A DNA stretch of 64,000 nucleotides from Candidatus Omnitrophota bacterium (lineage in GTDB: Bacteria > Omnitrophota > Gorgyraeia > Zapsychrales > JANLHA01): positions 2,266,662 through 2,330,661 of the forward strand of contig OY759724.1 of the NCBI GenBank assembly GCA_963662715.1, written 5' to 3'. Below, piece by piece: positions 1 to 9,000 of the stretch (positions are counted from its first letter, which is position 1; each line of letters starts with the position of its first letter). The notes under the pieces are model-generated. The model was not told the origin of the DNA. It ran no database searches and worked only from the letters and a program-made list of their open reading frames with translations. The position numbers and the translations under genes are program-made.

Positions 1-3
1 CGG

Positions 4-1137
4 GTGTCTGCGGAAGTGTATCACAAAGTCATCGAAGAAAAAGGCACCTGGATTGACCGGGCTTTTGTTGTCACGGACTGGTATCTTACAGCGTATGAGC
101 CGATCAAGGATATCCGGGGCAAGATTATCGGGATCCTTTATGTCGGTATTTTGGAAAAACCTTTTCTTGCGATTCAGCAGCGGATGTTTTTAAGTCTTGT
201 GACGATTATTCTTTTGACGGCATTGCCGACCCTGGGGGTCGCGTTTCTGCTGTCGAATGTCATGATCCGTCCCTTGACCGCTTTGGCGAAAAAAAGCAAA
301 AAGATCGCCCAGGGAGATATGAAAACTTCGGTCAGCGTTGACTCTCTTATCAGGGAAATAAAGACACTGACCGTGACTTTTGATGATATGATCGAAAAAC
401 TTTCCGAACGGGAACAGACGCTCGCAGTCACCAATGACAAACTGGCGGTATTGAATAAACGTTATCTGGACCTGATCGGATTCGTGTCACATGAATTGAA
501 AGGTATTTTATCGTCGATTGTGCTTAATACCTATTTGCTGCAAAAAGGCATCCCGGGGCCGGTAAACGCAAAGCAGCAACGGGTCTTAACGTCGATGGCC
601 CGGAATCTGGACTACCTTGCCGTGACAGTTAAGAATTTTTTGAACCTCAGCCGCATTGAGAAAGATGAAATGCGGGTCGATAAACAGGATATCCTGTTCA
701 AGGAGCATGTCCTGGACACCGCCCTGGATACGTTCCAACAGCAAATTGAAGAAAAAAAGATGCGGATGGTCTGTGACGTTCCCGACAATCTGGTTATTCA
801 CGCTGATCCCGGACTTATGCAAATCGTCGTTAACAATTTGCTGAGCAATGCCTTAAAATACGGTAAGGAAGGCGGAGAAATCCGCATACGGGCGCAGGGC
901 GGTGATAAAGGGGTGGAGGCTACAGTCTATAACGACGGAATACCTATCGCCGAAGTCGACAGACAGAAGCTTTTTAAGAAATTTTCGCGCATCGTGTACC
1001 GGGGGATGGAAAAAGTCAAAGGGACTGGAATCGGGCTGTTTATCACGAAAGAAATTATTCAACGACACGGCGGGACTTTGACCGTAGAACCGGGGCTGGA
1101 AGGGAATCAGTTCCGGTTTACGATCCCTCCGGCATAA
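4..1137 (+). CDS. Sensor histidine kinase, 5'-partial. It carries the end of a Cache-like extracytoplasmic domain, a TM segment, a HAMP-like linker, HisKA and HATPase_c.
   Basis: The ORF runs in from the window edge. A hydrophobic segment (FLSLVTIILLTALPTLGVAFLL) is followed by the H-box 'FVSHELKGIL', then the N/G-box region 'NNLLSNALKYG' and 'GTGIGLFITKEIIQRHGG'. Confidence 0.85.
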   Translation: MSAEVYHKVIEEKGTWIDRAFVVTDWYLTAYEPIKDIRGKIIGILYVGILEKPFLAIQQRMFLSLVTIILLTALPTLGVAFLLSNVMIRPLTALAKKSKKIAQGDMKTSVSVDSLIREIKTLTVTFDDMIEKLSEREQTLAVTNDKLAVLNKRYLDLIGFVSHELKGILSSIVLNTYLLQKGIPGPVNAKQQRVLTSMARNLDYLAVTVKNFLNLSRIEKDEMRVDKQDILFKEHVLDTALDTFQQQIEEKKMRMVCDVPDNLVIHADPGLMQIVVNNLLSNALKYGKEGGEIRIRAQGGDKGVEATVYNDGIPIAEVDRQKLFKKFSRIVYRGMEKVKGTGIGLFITKEIIQRHGGTLTVEPGLEGNQFRFTIPPA

Positions 1138-1146
1138 AAAACATGG

Positions 1147-2040
1147 ATGAGGATTGTTATGAAAAACAAAATTTTGCTTATTGATGACGATCAGGATTTT
1201 CTTGAAGCGACGACGTTGCTTTTAGATGCTAGCGGTTACGAGGTGATCTCGGCGACAAACGGGCTGGAAGGGTTTAAGAAGGTCAAAAATGACTCTCCGG
1301 ACCTTATCCTGCTGGACATGATGATGACCTATGAAACCGAAGGCGCAGAGACGGCCAAGGCTTTTGCCGAGGACGCGACGCTTCATGATATACCGGTGGT
1401 TATGATTACCGGAGCAAAGCGCGATAAAAGCTTTCCGGTGGAATTAAGGCCGGACCAGAAGAATTTGCCGGTAAAAATGGTGTTGGAAAAACCCGTGAAC
1501 CCCGAGCGTCTGCTGAAAGTCGTGCAGATGTTTATCCGCCGTTCCGGCAATGAACACCGTCAGTTCGTAGGGGGGATTTCCGACATTGCTGCCAAATGGA
1601 AAGAGATGGACGGGAATCTTATTATGATCCTGCATGAAATTCAGAACACGTACGGTTATGTCCCCCGGGATGTTTCCTTTGAATTGAGCCGTATCCTGGA
1701 TGTGCCCCTGGCCCGGATTTATGAGGTGATCACTTTTTATAATTATTTTAAGTTAGAGCCTCCGGGGAAACATATGATCTCCGTATGCATGGGGACGGCC
1801 TGTTATCTTAAGGGCGGGGCCGAGATCCTGGAGGAGCTGAAAAATGTCCTGCATGTCGAGGAAGGCGAAACAACAAAAGACGGGTTTTTCCTCGTGCAGT
1901 CTGTCCGCTGCCTGGGGTGTTGCGGACTGGCTCCGGTGATGATGATTGACGAAAAGATATACGGGAAAGTTCAAAAGAAAGATATCGTCGATATCTTGTC
2001 ACAATATACGAATAAGGCTGATGTTCCAGCAGAAAGGTAA
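1147..2040 (+). CDS. hydC: Fusion of an N-terminal receiver (REC) domain to a NuoE-like thioredoxin-fold [2Fe-2S] subunit, the HydC subunit of the trimeric [FeFe] hydrogenase.
   Basis: N-terminus: 'ILLIDDDQDF...PDLILLDMMM...VVMITG...EKPV', with the acid pocket, phospho-acceptor Asp, and conserved Thr and Lys all present. C-terminus: 'CMGTACYLKGG...VRCLGCCGLAPVM', the NuoE/HndA four-Cys 2Fe-2S motif. Confidence 0.8.
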   Translation: MRIVMKNKILLIDDDQDFLEATTLLLDASGYEVISATNGLEGFKKVKNDSPDLILLDMMMTYETEGAETAKAFAEDATLHDIPVVMITGAKRDKSFPVELRPDQKNLPVKMVLEKPVNPERLLKVVQMFIRRSGNEHRQFVGGISDIAAKWKEMDGNLIMILHEIQNTYGYVPRDVSFELSRILDVPLARIYEVITFYNYFKLEPPGKHMISVCMGTACYLKGGAEILEELKNVLHVEEGETTKDGFFLVQSVRCLGCCGLAPVMMIDEKIYGKVQKKDIVDILSQYTNKADVPAER

Positions 2041-2045
2041 ATGAT

Positions 2046-3845
2046 ATGAAATTTTCTGTCCGTTCTGCGGGTTTGCAAACCGCAAAGAACAAAAAAATAA
2101 ACCGCATTGCCGTCGGCCTGAGTTCCTGCGGGATTGCCGCGGGAGCCAGAGAGGTGTTCCAGGCCCTGGAGCAAGAGGTTGCCTCGAAAGGTCTCGAGGT
2201 TTCTTTGACGCAATGCGGATGTGTCGGGATGTGTTATGCTGAACCGCTCATGGAAGTTTTTACCGCAGACGGTGCAAGCGTGTTATACGGGGGGGTCAAT
2301 GCGGCGGCGGCCCGGGAGATTTTACAGAGGCATATTGTCGAAGCAAATCCCTCTCACGAGGCGATCAAAAAATATGTCATAGAAATTCCTTCTAAACAGG
2401 TGCGTATCGTTCTACGAAATTGCGGGGTGATCGATCCGGAAGATATCACGGATTATATGGATCACAACGGTTATGCCGCGATTAAGAAGATATTGAAAGA
2501 TTATTCTCCCGATAAGGTTATTGAAGAATTGAAAATAAGCGGCTTGCGGGGGCGGGGAGGCGGCGGGTTCCCGACATGGATGAAATGGAATTTTGCCAGA
2601 CAGGTCTCATCAGACCAGAAGTATGTTATCTGTAACGGCGATGAAGGCGATCCGGGTGCTTATATGGACCGTAGTGTTCTTGAGGGGGATCCGCATTCCG
2701 TTTTGGAAGGCATGATGATTGCCGGATATACCATCGGAGCCAGCAAGGGGTTTCTTTATATCCGGGCGGAATATCCCCTGGCGATTGAACGCATTAATAA
2801 AGCCATCGACCAGGCCCGGCAGAGCCATTTGCTGGGAGAGAACATTATGGGAACAGATTTTTCCTTTGATCTGGAAGTCCGTCTGGGCGCGGGAGCTTTT
2901 GTCTGCGGGGAAGAGACGGCGCTTATTGCTTCGATTGAGGGCAGACGGGGATGTCCGGTTCCCCGCCCTCCGTATCCGTCGGTCAAGGGGCTGTGGGGAA
3001 AACCGACCGTTATCAATAACGTTGAGACGCTGGCCAATATTCCGGCTATTCTTGATCAGGGCGGGAACTGGTTTTCCTCCATCGGAACCGAACAGTCCAA
3101 AGGGACAAAGGTTTTCGCCCTGACCGGCAAAGTCAAGAATACCGGTCTTATTGAAGTGCCTATGGGGACGACTTTGAGAGAAATTGTTTATGATATCGGC
3201 GGAGGAATTTTGAATGACAGGAAAATCAAGGCGGTGCAGACCGGAGGTCCTTCGGGAGGCGTGATCCCGCAGGATTTCTTGGATACCCCGGTGGATTACG
3301 AAAATCTCCAAAAGCTTGGTTCCATTATGGGGTCCGGCGGGATGATCGTTATGGATGAAGATGACTGTATGATCGATATCGCGAAATTTTATTTGGGTTT
3401 TTGTGTCGATGAGTCCTGCGGGAAGTGCGCCCCTTGCCGCATCGGGGGCACACAGATGCTCAGGATACTTACAGAAATTTCTGAAGGAAAAGCTGACGAG
3501 GAAGATATCGCTAAGCTGCGCCAGCTTTCTTTGGCCATGCAGAAGGCCTCGCTTTGCGGGCTCGGCCAGACAGCCGCCAATCCTGTCTTATCGACTCTGA
3601 AGTATTTTAAAGACGAGTATGACCGTCATGTGCATGATAAAACCTGTCCGGCCGGTAAATGCCGGGGACTTTATCATTACGTTATATCCCAGGAGCGTTG
3701 CAAGCGCTGCGGGTTATGTTTGCGTCATTGTCCGACACAGGCGATCACGGGGAGCCGGGATGAGCCGTATTTGATTCACCAGGAAAAATGTATCCAATGC
3801 GGGCAGTGTTTTGAGGTTTGTAAATTTAAAGCGATTGATCGATAA
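2046..3845 (+). CDS. hydB: NuoF-like flavoprotein subunit of the [FeFe] hydrogenase, HydB. It has an N-terminal 2Fe-2S domain, FMN/NADH-binding core, a 4Fe-4S site and a C-terminal 2x[4Fe-4S] ferredoxin.
   Basis: 'CGCVGMCYAEP' (N-terminal 2Fe-2S), 'GRGGGGFPTWMKW' (NuoF FMN site), 'ESCGKCAPCR' (4Fe-4S), and 'CKRCGLCLRHCP...CIQCGQCFEVC' (two CxxCxxCxxxCP ferredoxin motifs). Confidence 0.9.
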   Translation: MKFSVRSAGLQTAKNKKINRIAVGLSSCGIAAGAREVFQALEQEVASKGLEVSLTQCGCVGMCYAEPLMEVFTADGASVLYGGVNAAAAREILQRHIVEANPSHEAIKKYVIEIPSKQVRIVLRNCGVIDPEDITDYMDHNGYAAIKKILKDYSPDKVIEELKISGLRGRGGGGFPTWMKWNFARQVSSDQKYVICNGDEGDPGAYMDRSVLEGDPHSVLEGMMIAGYTIGASKGFLYIRAEYPLAIERINKAIDQARQSHLLGENIMGTDFSFDLEVRLGAGAFVCGEETALIASIEGRRGCPVPRPPYPSVKGLWGKPTVINNVETLANIPAILDQGGNWFSSIGTEQSKGTKVFALTGKVKNTGLIEVPMGTTLREIVYDIGGGILNDRKIKAVQTGGPSGGVIPQDFLDTPVDYENLQKLGSIMGSGGMIVMDEDDCMIDIAKFYLGFCVDESCGKCAPCRIGGTQMLRILTEISEGKADEEDIAKLRQLSLAMQKASLCGLGQTAANPVLSTLKYFKDEYDRHVHDKTCPAGKCRGLYHYVISQERCKRCGLCLRHCPTQAITGSRDEPYLIHQEKCIQCGQCFEVCKFKAIDR

Positions 3846-3874
3846 ACCTGAAACTTCAGGTAGAAGGAGTTATT

Positions 3875-5620
3875 ATGGGAAAAGCAATTATTAACGATAT
3901 TCCGGTTGAGTTTGATCCGGGGATGACAATCCTGGAGGCCGCCGAGAAAGTACAGGTTAAGATCCCGAGGTTATGCTATCATCCTGACGTCAAGCCGACG
4001 GCCGCCTGCGGTATTTGTATTGTCAAATTGAAGGGGTCATCCAAGATGTTGCGGTCGTGTTGCACGCCTATTGAAGAAGGGATGGATATCATCACCCATG
4101 ATCCGCAGATCGTCGCCGTGCGCCGCACGGTGGTTGAAATGATCCTGTCCAATCATCCTAACGACTGTCTGACCTGCGGACGTAACAATAACTGTGAATT
4201 GCAGACGATCATGGCGGATTTCGGGATCCGGGAGGAAACGTTTGATAAAATTGTCCGTGATCTGCCCAAAGATACCAGCACCGGCACCATCGTCTTGGAG
4301 CCGAGTAAATGTATTAAATGCGGGCGTTGTGTCACCGTCTGCCAGGAGACCCAGAACGTCTGGGCTTTATCGTTTTTAGAGCGGGGGGTCAACACCCGTT
4401 TTGCCCCGGCCGGGGATATTTCGCTCGGTGACTCGCCGTGTGTCCGGTGCGGACAATGTTCCGCTCATTGTCCGACCGGCGCCATATTTGAATATGACCA
4501 GACACCCCGGGTCTGGGATGCTCTGCAGGACCCGGATAAAATCTGCATCGTCCAGATTGCCCCTTCGGTTCGGGTGGCCCTGGGAGAAGGTTTTGGTTTC
4601 CCTCCCGGCACAAATCTGACAAAGAAAATTTATGCCCTCCTGCGGCGTATGGGCTTCCAGGCGGTCTTTGACACCAATTTTTCCGCGGATGTCACGATTA
4701 TGGAAGAGGCGAGTGAATTTGTGGAAAGGTTTATTTACAAGAAAGGGCCTTTGCCGCTTATCACCACCTGTTGCCCGTCGTGGGTGGATTTTATGGAAAA
4801 ATTCCAGACCGACATGATCGAGCATTTCTCTTCGGCCAAATCGCCTCAGGCCATGCTGGGGGCCCTGGCTAAAACGTATTATCCGCAGAAGGAAGGCCTT
4901 GATGCGTCCAAGATTTTTATGGTCTCCATTATGCCGTGCACGGCTAAAAAATATGAAATCAACCGCAGCGACGATATGTTCTCTTCCGGGTTTCAGGATA
5001 CGGATATGGTTTTAACCACCCGGGAATTAATCCGTATGATTAAGCAGATGGGGATTGATTTTAACGAGCTGCCGGAAGAAGAACCGGACCATTTGATGGG
5101 AGACTACTCCGGAGCCGGGGTGATTTTCGGGGCTACCGGCGGGGTGATGGAAGCGGCTTTGCGCACCGCCTATTATCTGGTGACCAAAGAGAATTTGAAA
5201 GATGTGAACTTCCGTAATGTCCGGGGGTTAAAAGGGGTGAAGGAAACCTCCGTGACCATTCACGGGACGGAAATCAGAATCGCCGTGGCTCATGGACTGG
5301 TTAATGTGGAATACGTTTTGCAGAAAGTTAGAACGGCCAAAGAGAACGGAGAGCCGCTCCCTTATCATTTTATTGAAGTTATGGCCTGCCCCGGGGGATG
5401 TGTCGGCGGCGGCGGTCAGCCGTATGGCGTTAATGATGATGTGCGCAGGGCAAGAGCTCAGGGGTTGTATGAGGATGACGAGCAGAATACGGTGCGTTAC
5501 AGCCATGAAAATCCCTATATTAAGACGCTGTATGCGGAGTTCCTGGAAGAGCCTTTGAGTGAGAAGGCTCACCATCTGCTGCACACCAAATATATTCCGA
5601 GGCCAGAATATAAAAAGTAA
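3875..5620 (+). CDS. hydA: [FeFe] hydrogenase catalytic subunit HydA, of the multi-domain bifurcating (A3-like) type.
   Basis: N-terminal 2Fe-2S ferredoxin fold (CYHPDVKPTAACGIC). H-cluster motifs L1 'TTCCPSWV', L2 'MPCTAKKYE' and L3 'EVMACPGGCVGGGGQP'. C-terminal 'ENPYIKTLYAEFLEEPLSEKAHHLLHTKY' tail. Confidence 0.92.
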   Translation: MGKAIINDIPVEFDPGMTILEAAEKVQVKIPRLCYHPDVKPTAACGICIVKLKGSSKMLRSCCTPIEEGMDIITHDPQIVAVRRTVVEMILSNHPNDCLTCGRNNNCELQTIMADFGIREETFDKIVRDLPKDTSTGTIVLEPSKCIKCGRCVTVCQETQNVWALSFLERGVNTRFAPAGDISLGDSPCVRCGQCSAHCPTGAIFEYDQTPRVWDALQDPDKICIVQIAPSVRVALGEGFGFPPGTNLTKKIYALLRRMGFQAVFDTNFSADVTIMEEASEFVERFIYKKGPLPLITTCCPSWVDFMEKFQTDMIEHFSSAKSPQAMLGALAKTYYPQKEGLDASKIFMVSIMPCTAKKYEINRSDDMFSSGFQDTDMVLTTRELIRMIKQMGIDFNELPEEEPDHLMGDYSGAGVIFGATGGVMEAALRTAYYLVTKENLKDVNFRNVRGLKGVKETSVTIHGTEIRIAVAHGLVNVEYVLQKVRTAKENGEPLPYHFIEVMACPGGCVGGGGQPYGVNDDVRRARAQGLYEDDEQNTVRYSHENPYIKTLYAEFLEEPLSEKAHHLLHTKYIPRPEYKK

Positions 5621-5639
5621 CCATAAGAAGGAGGGGGTA

Positions 5640-6023
5640 ATGACAAAGAAAATATTAATGGTGGATGATGATCAGGATTTTGCCCAGGCTGTAACCGATT
5701 TGGTCGAGACTCAAGGATACACGCTGGTGTATGCGATAAACGGTGAGTCAGGTTTTCAGAAAGCAAAAGAGGACAAGCCGGACCTCATTCTTCTGGACGT
5801 TATGATGACCCATGAAACAGAAGGTTTTGATATTTCGCGCAAACTGCATGAAGAAGAAACGACGAAGAATATCCCTGTGATTGTGGTCACCGGAATCCGC
5901 AAGGAAACGGGGGTGCCGTTTAAGTATGAACCGGATGAAGTCTGGCTGCCGGTCAAGGCCGTGATTGAGAAGCCCATTGACCCGGAGAAATTTTTAAAAG
6001 TTATTGAAGAACAGCTGAAATAG
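5640..6023 (+). CDS. Stand-alone single-domain response-regulator receiver protein, a paralogue of the REC domain fused to HydC.
   Basis: 'ILMVDDDQDF...PDLILLDVMMTHETEGFD...IPVIVVTG...EKPI'. Start placed at the ATG at 5640, preceded by 'AAGGAGGGGG'. The track ORF from 5559 overlaps the end of hydA. Confidence 0.8.
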   Translation: MTKKILMVDDDQDFAQAVTDLVETQGYTLVYAINGESGFQKAKEDKPDLILLDVMMTHETEGFDISRKLHEEETTKNIPVIVVTGIRKETGVPFKYEPDEVWLPVKAVIEKPIDPEKFLKVIEEQLK

Positions 6024-6109
6024 GCTAAAAGCCGCCTGTTTCGATATCTGTCAAAAGGACAAAGCCATGAAAGGGACACCGAAATCTTTAAGATTGCCGT
6101 TGAGGTTAT

Positions 6110-7141
6110 TTGGCCGGACAAACGCCGGGAAGTCCAGTTGATGTCATGAAACAACCGGATATTTATAAAATATTATCGGCTGAAGACCCCTTGCCGGAAA
6201 TCCTGCACCGTGCAGACGCTGAACGCCAGCAACATTGCGGAGAGGATATCGTGATCCGGGGGCTTGTGGAGTTTTCCAGCCATTGTTGTTGGCAATGCCA
6301 GTACTGCGGGCTTCGGAAAGATAATTCTGACCTGGCCCGTTACCGGATGAGCTTGACAGAAATGATTGCCGCGTCACAGCAGGTTTTGGATGAGGGGATA
6401 GAAACAGTTGTTCTGCAGTCAGGGGATGATTTCGCGTTTACGCGTGAAGACGTCGGGCTGGTTATCCGGTCGATAAAGAAAAGAATGCCGAATGTGGCGG
6501 TGACGCTTTGTCTCGGGGAACGTCCGCTGGATGATTATCAGTCTTTTTTTGACAGCGGCGCCGACCGTTATCTGCTGAAATTTGAAACAGCCAATCCTTT
6601 ATTGTATCGTAAAATTCACCCTGGGCAGAATTTGATAAAACGGCTTGCGCTGTTGGAACATCTCCGCAAGATCGGATACCAGGTCGGAACAGGCGACATT
6701 GTGGGGTTGCCGGGACAAACTATAGCGGATATTGTCCAGGATCTGGAATATTTGCGGGATTTTCAGCCGGAAATGATCGGTTTGGGACCTTTTATCCCTC
6801 AGCAGCAAACTCCTTTTGCGGACTATCCTGCGCCGCCTTCGGAATTGGTCTTAAAAGTTTTGGCCCTGGCCAGGATTTTTGTCCCTAACGCGCATGTCCC
6901 TGCCACAACAGCTTTGGCGACGCTGGGAGGCGATGATCTGCAGGCCCGGGCGCTGCAAGCGGGGGCTAATGTTCTGATGGTGAATTTTTCTCCCGGCGTG
7001 CATAAAGGGCTTTACCGTTTGTATGACAATAAGGCCAGCGTTGACTTCAGCACAGCGAAGAAAATTGCTGTTTCATTGAACCGGCCATTGTCTCTGGCGC
7101 GAAATGATGCCTTGTGCCGCATGGCCGGCCAGTCTTTTTAA
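6110..7141 (+). CDS. hydE: [FeFe] hydrogenase maturase HydE (radical SAM). The start could instead be the ATG at 6146.
   Basis: 'CCWQCQYCGLRKDN...RYRM' (CX3CX2C), plus 'VTLCLGE', 'ADRYLLKFETANP', 'GLPGQTIADIV' and 'IPATTA', which match the HydE family pattern closely. Confidence 0.85.
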   Translation: MAGQTPGSPVDVMKQPDIYKILSAEDPLPEILHRADAERQQHCGEDIVIRGLVEFSSHCCWQCQYCGLRKDNSDLARYRMSLTEMIAASQQVLDEGIETVVLQSGDDFAFTREDVGLVIRSIKKRMPNVAVTLCLGERPLDDYQSFFDSGADRYLLKFETANPLLYRKIHPGQNLIKRLALLEHLRKIGYQVGTGDIVGLPGQTIADIVQDLEYLRDFQPEMIGLGPFIPQQQTPFADYPAPPSELVLKVLALARIFVPNAHVPATTALATLGGDDLQARALQAGANVLMVNFSPGVHKGLYRLYDNKASVDFSTAKKIAVSLNRPLSLARNDALCRMAGQSF

Positions 7142-7201
7142 GCGCTTCTCCCGATACTGTGGAGAAAGCTTGTCAGGGTTGGTGTCTAAGTATTTTCTTG
7201 G

Positions 7202-7230
7202 TTGACAGGGGAGATGATTTAAGGTAAAAT
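7202..7230 (+). promoter_or_regulatory. Sigma70-like promoter (TTGACA, 17-nt spacer, TAAAAT) upstream of rplS, followed by a leader of about 115 nt.
   Basis: TTGACA at 7202-7207 and TAAAAT at 7225-7230. The leader contains the hairpin 'gcgtgggaacgcac'. Confidence 0.5.
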
Positions 7231-7347
7231 TTCTCTTTACTATTCTATTGTTTTATATCATGGGAACACAATAAGTTATTGATGCGTGGGAACGCACGGG
7301 AAGCCTGGTTGAATATCTGTCCTCCAGCGAGGACATTATAAGGAGGG

Positions 7348-7704
7348 ATGAAGGTGAATAAAGGAGAAATTATTGCTCAAATTGAAAAGAAATATTTAAG
7401 ATCGGATCTGCCTAAGCTGGAAGTGGGAGATACGATCAAGATGCGGATAAAGGTCGTCGAAGCCGATAAGGAACGCATTCATCCTTTCGAAGGTTTTATT
7501 ATCCGCAAGACAGGCAGAGGGTTAAAAGGGACGTTTACTGTCCGTAAGATTTCTTATGGCGAAGGGATCGAAAGGACATTTCCCATCCATTCCCCGGTCA
7601 TTGAAAGTATTAAGGTCATAGCTAAAGGCGACGTACGGAGAGCAAAATTATACTACCTCCGTGACCGTATCGGTAAGAAAGCGCGAGTGAAAAAGAAAGT
7701 ATAA
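7348..7704 (+). CDS. rplS: 50S ribosomal protein L19.
   Basis: 118 aa with a typical L19 sequence ('FEGFIIRKTGRGLKGTFTVRKISYGEGIERTFPIHSP'). Confidence 0.93.
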   Translation: MKVNKGEIIAQIEKKYLRSDLPKLEVGDTIKMRIKVVEADKERIHPFEGFIIRKTGRGLKGTFTVRKISYGEGIERTFPIHSPVIESIKVIAKGDVRRAKLYYLRDRIGKKARVKKKV

Positions 7705-7736
7705 TATTATTTTGCCGAAGATACGATCCTGTATTT

Positions 7737-8393
7737 ATGAAATTTTCTGATATCTGCACGGCAGATATGTTCCAATTCGAAAACGAGGCTAAACACAAAG
7801 GGTTTAGCCTCGTTTTGGGTTTAGATGAAGCCGGACGCGGGCCGCTGGCCGGCCCGGTTGTCGCGGCGGCCGTGGCATTAAAATTTTTCCGGTTTACGCA
7901 AGTCATTCGTGATTCCAAGAAAATGACCCCCTTGCAACGAACACGCGCCTTTCACGACATTTATGAGAATGGATATGTCGGGGTGGGGATTGTCAGCAAG
8001 GCCGTGATCGATACGATCAATATTTCCCAGGCAACGTTCTGCGCTATGGCGAACGCGGTTTATCAATTGATTTCTTATCTCCCTGCCCCTTTGGCCCGTC
8101 CGGCTGCGCTGAAAAAGAATATGTGTCTGCTCGTTGACGGGAACCGTTTTCAGACAGATTTGCCGTATGCCTATCGGACAATTGTTTCCGGAGACGCCCG
8201 CAGCATTTCTATCGCCTGTGCTTCCGTTGTGGCCAAAGTTGTCAGAGACCGGATTCTCCTGACCTATGACCGGATTTATCCCCAGTACGGATTTAAGCAG
8301 CATAAAGGCTACCCCACGGAACAACACCGGAAAGCGCTTAAGCGTCATGGCCCTTCCCCGATCCATCGCTTGACCTATCAGAGTGGTCTATGA
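7737..8393 (+). CDS. rnhB: Ribonuclease HII.
   Basis: 'LVLGLDEAGRGPLAGPVVAAAV', the RNase HII active-site N-terminus. Confidence 0.9.
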   Translation: MKFSDICTADMFQFENEAKHKGFSLVLGLDEAGRGPLAGPVVAAAVALKFFRFTQVIRDSKKMTPLQRTRAFHDIYENGYVGVGIVSKAVIDTINISQATFCAMANAVYQLISYLPAPLARPAALKKNMCLLVDGNRFQTDLPYAYRTIVSGDARSISIACASVVAKVVRDRILLTYDRIYPQYGFKQHKGYPTEQHRKALKRHGPSPIHRLTYQSGL

Positions 8394-8770
8394 AACGAAT
8401 GAAATCTTCATCGCATTTAGGAGCCTGGGGGGAAACCCTGGCTGCGGAGTATCTTCAGGAACAGGGGTATCGTATCCTGTGCCGCAATTACCGGACAAAA
8501 TTAGGGGAGATCGATCTTGTCGCCCGGGAGAGGAACGTTATCTGCTTTGTAGAGGTGAAGACGCGTGCCAGCCGTATGTACGGAAGCCCGATGGAATCTG
8601 TCTCCCGCGCGAAGCAGAGGAAGCTGACGCAGATGGCCCAATGCTATTTAGGCGCGTTTAATTTGGAGAAAGCCGTATGCCGGTTTGATGTCGTAGCCAT
8701 TATGAAGCAGCCGGACGGAGGCCATTCGCTTGAACTGCTGCGGGATGCTTTTGAAGCGTCCGGAAATTAA
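8390..8770 (+). CDS. yraN: YraN-family (UPF0102) endonuclease.
   Basis: 'GAWGETLAAEYLQEQGYRILCRNYR...GEIDLVARE...FVEVKTR'. There is a 4-nt overlap with rnhB. Confidence 0.85.
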   Translation: MKRMKSSSHLGAWGETLAAEYLQEQGYRILCRNYRTKLGEIDLVARERNVICFVEVKTRASRMYGSPMESVSRAKQRKLTQMAQCYLGAFNLEKAVCRFDVVAIMKQPDGGHSLELLRDAFEASGN

Positions 8771-9000
8771 GAATGAAAAAAGCATTTCATGTATTGCAAA
8801 AAAAAATTGTTTACGTTATGATAATTCCGTAATACATAAACTTCGGAGTCGTCCCGTCCAAATTAGTAGATTGTTTCATGAGTAAATAGTCAAACATATT
8901 TATTAAGGAACAATCACTTATGCCGCATTTAACTCGTCATTCATTTTAAAAGTGCGGTATTAGGCGAACCTCAAGACTATCAATTCATTATTTTAGAACC

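Noticed and set aside
2610-3311. A 233-aa minus-strand ORF and other 60-170-aa antisense ORFs inside hydB, hydA, polA, murA, argS and others.
   Set aside because: They lie entirely within strongly supported + strand genes and carry no motifs. They are typical GC-rich antisense open frames.
8771-9000. An AT-rich 230-bp gap before the FchA-like gene, considered as a possible mobile-element scar or ncRNA.
   Set aside because: It has no repeats, hairpins or terminator, and is most simply a promoter region. A -35/-10-like 'ttgttt...tgataat' is present but weak.
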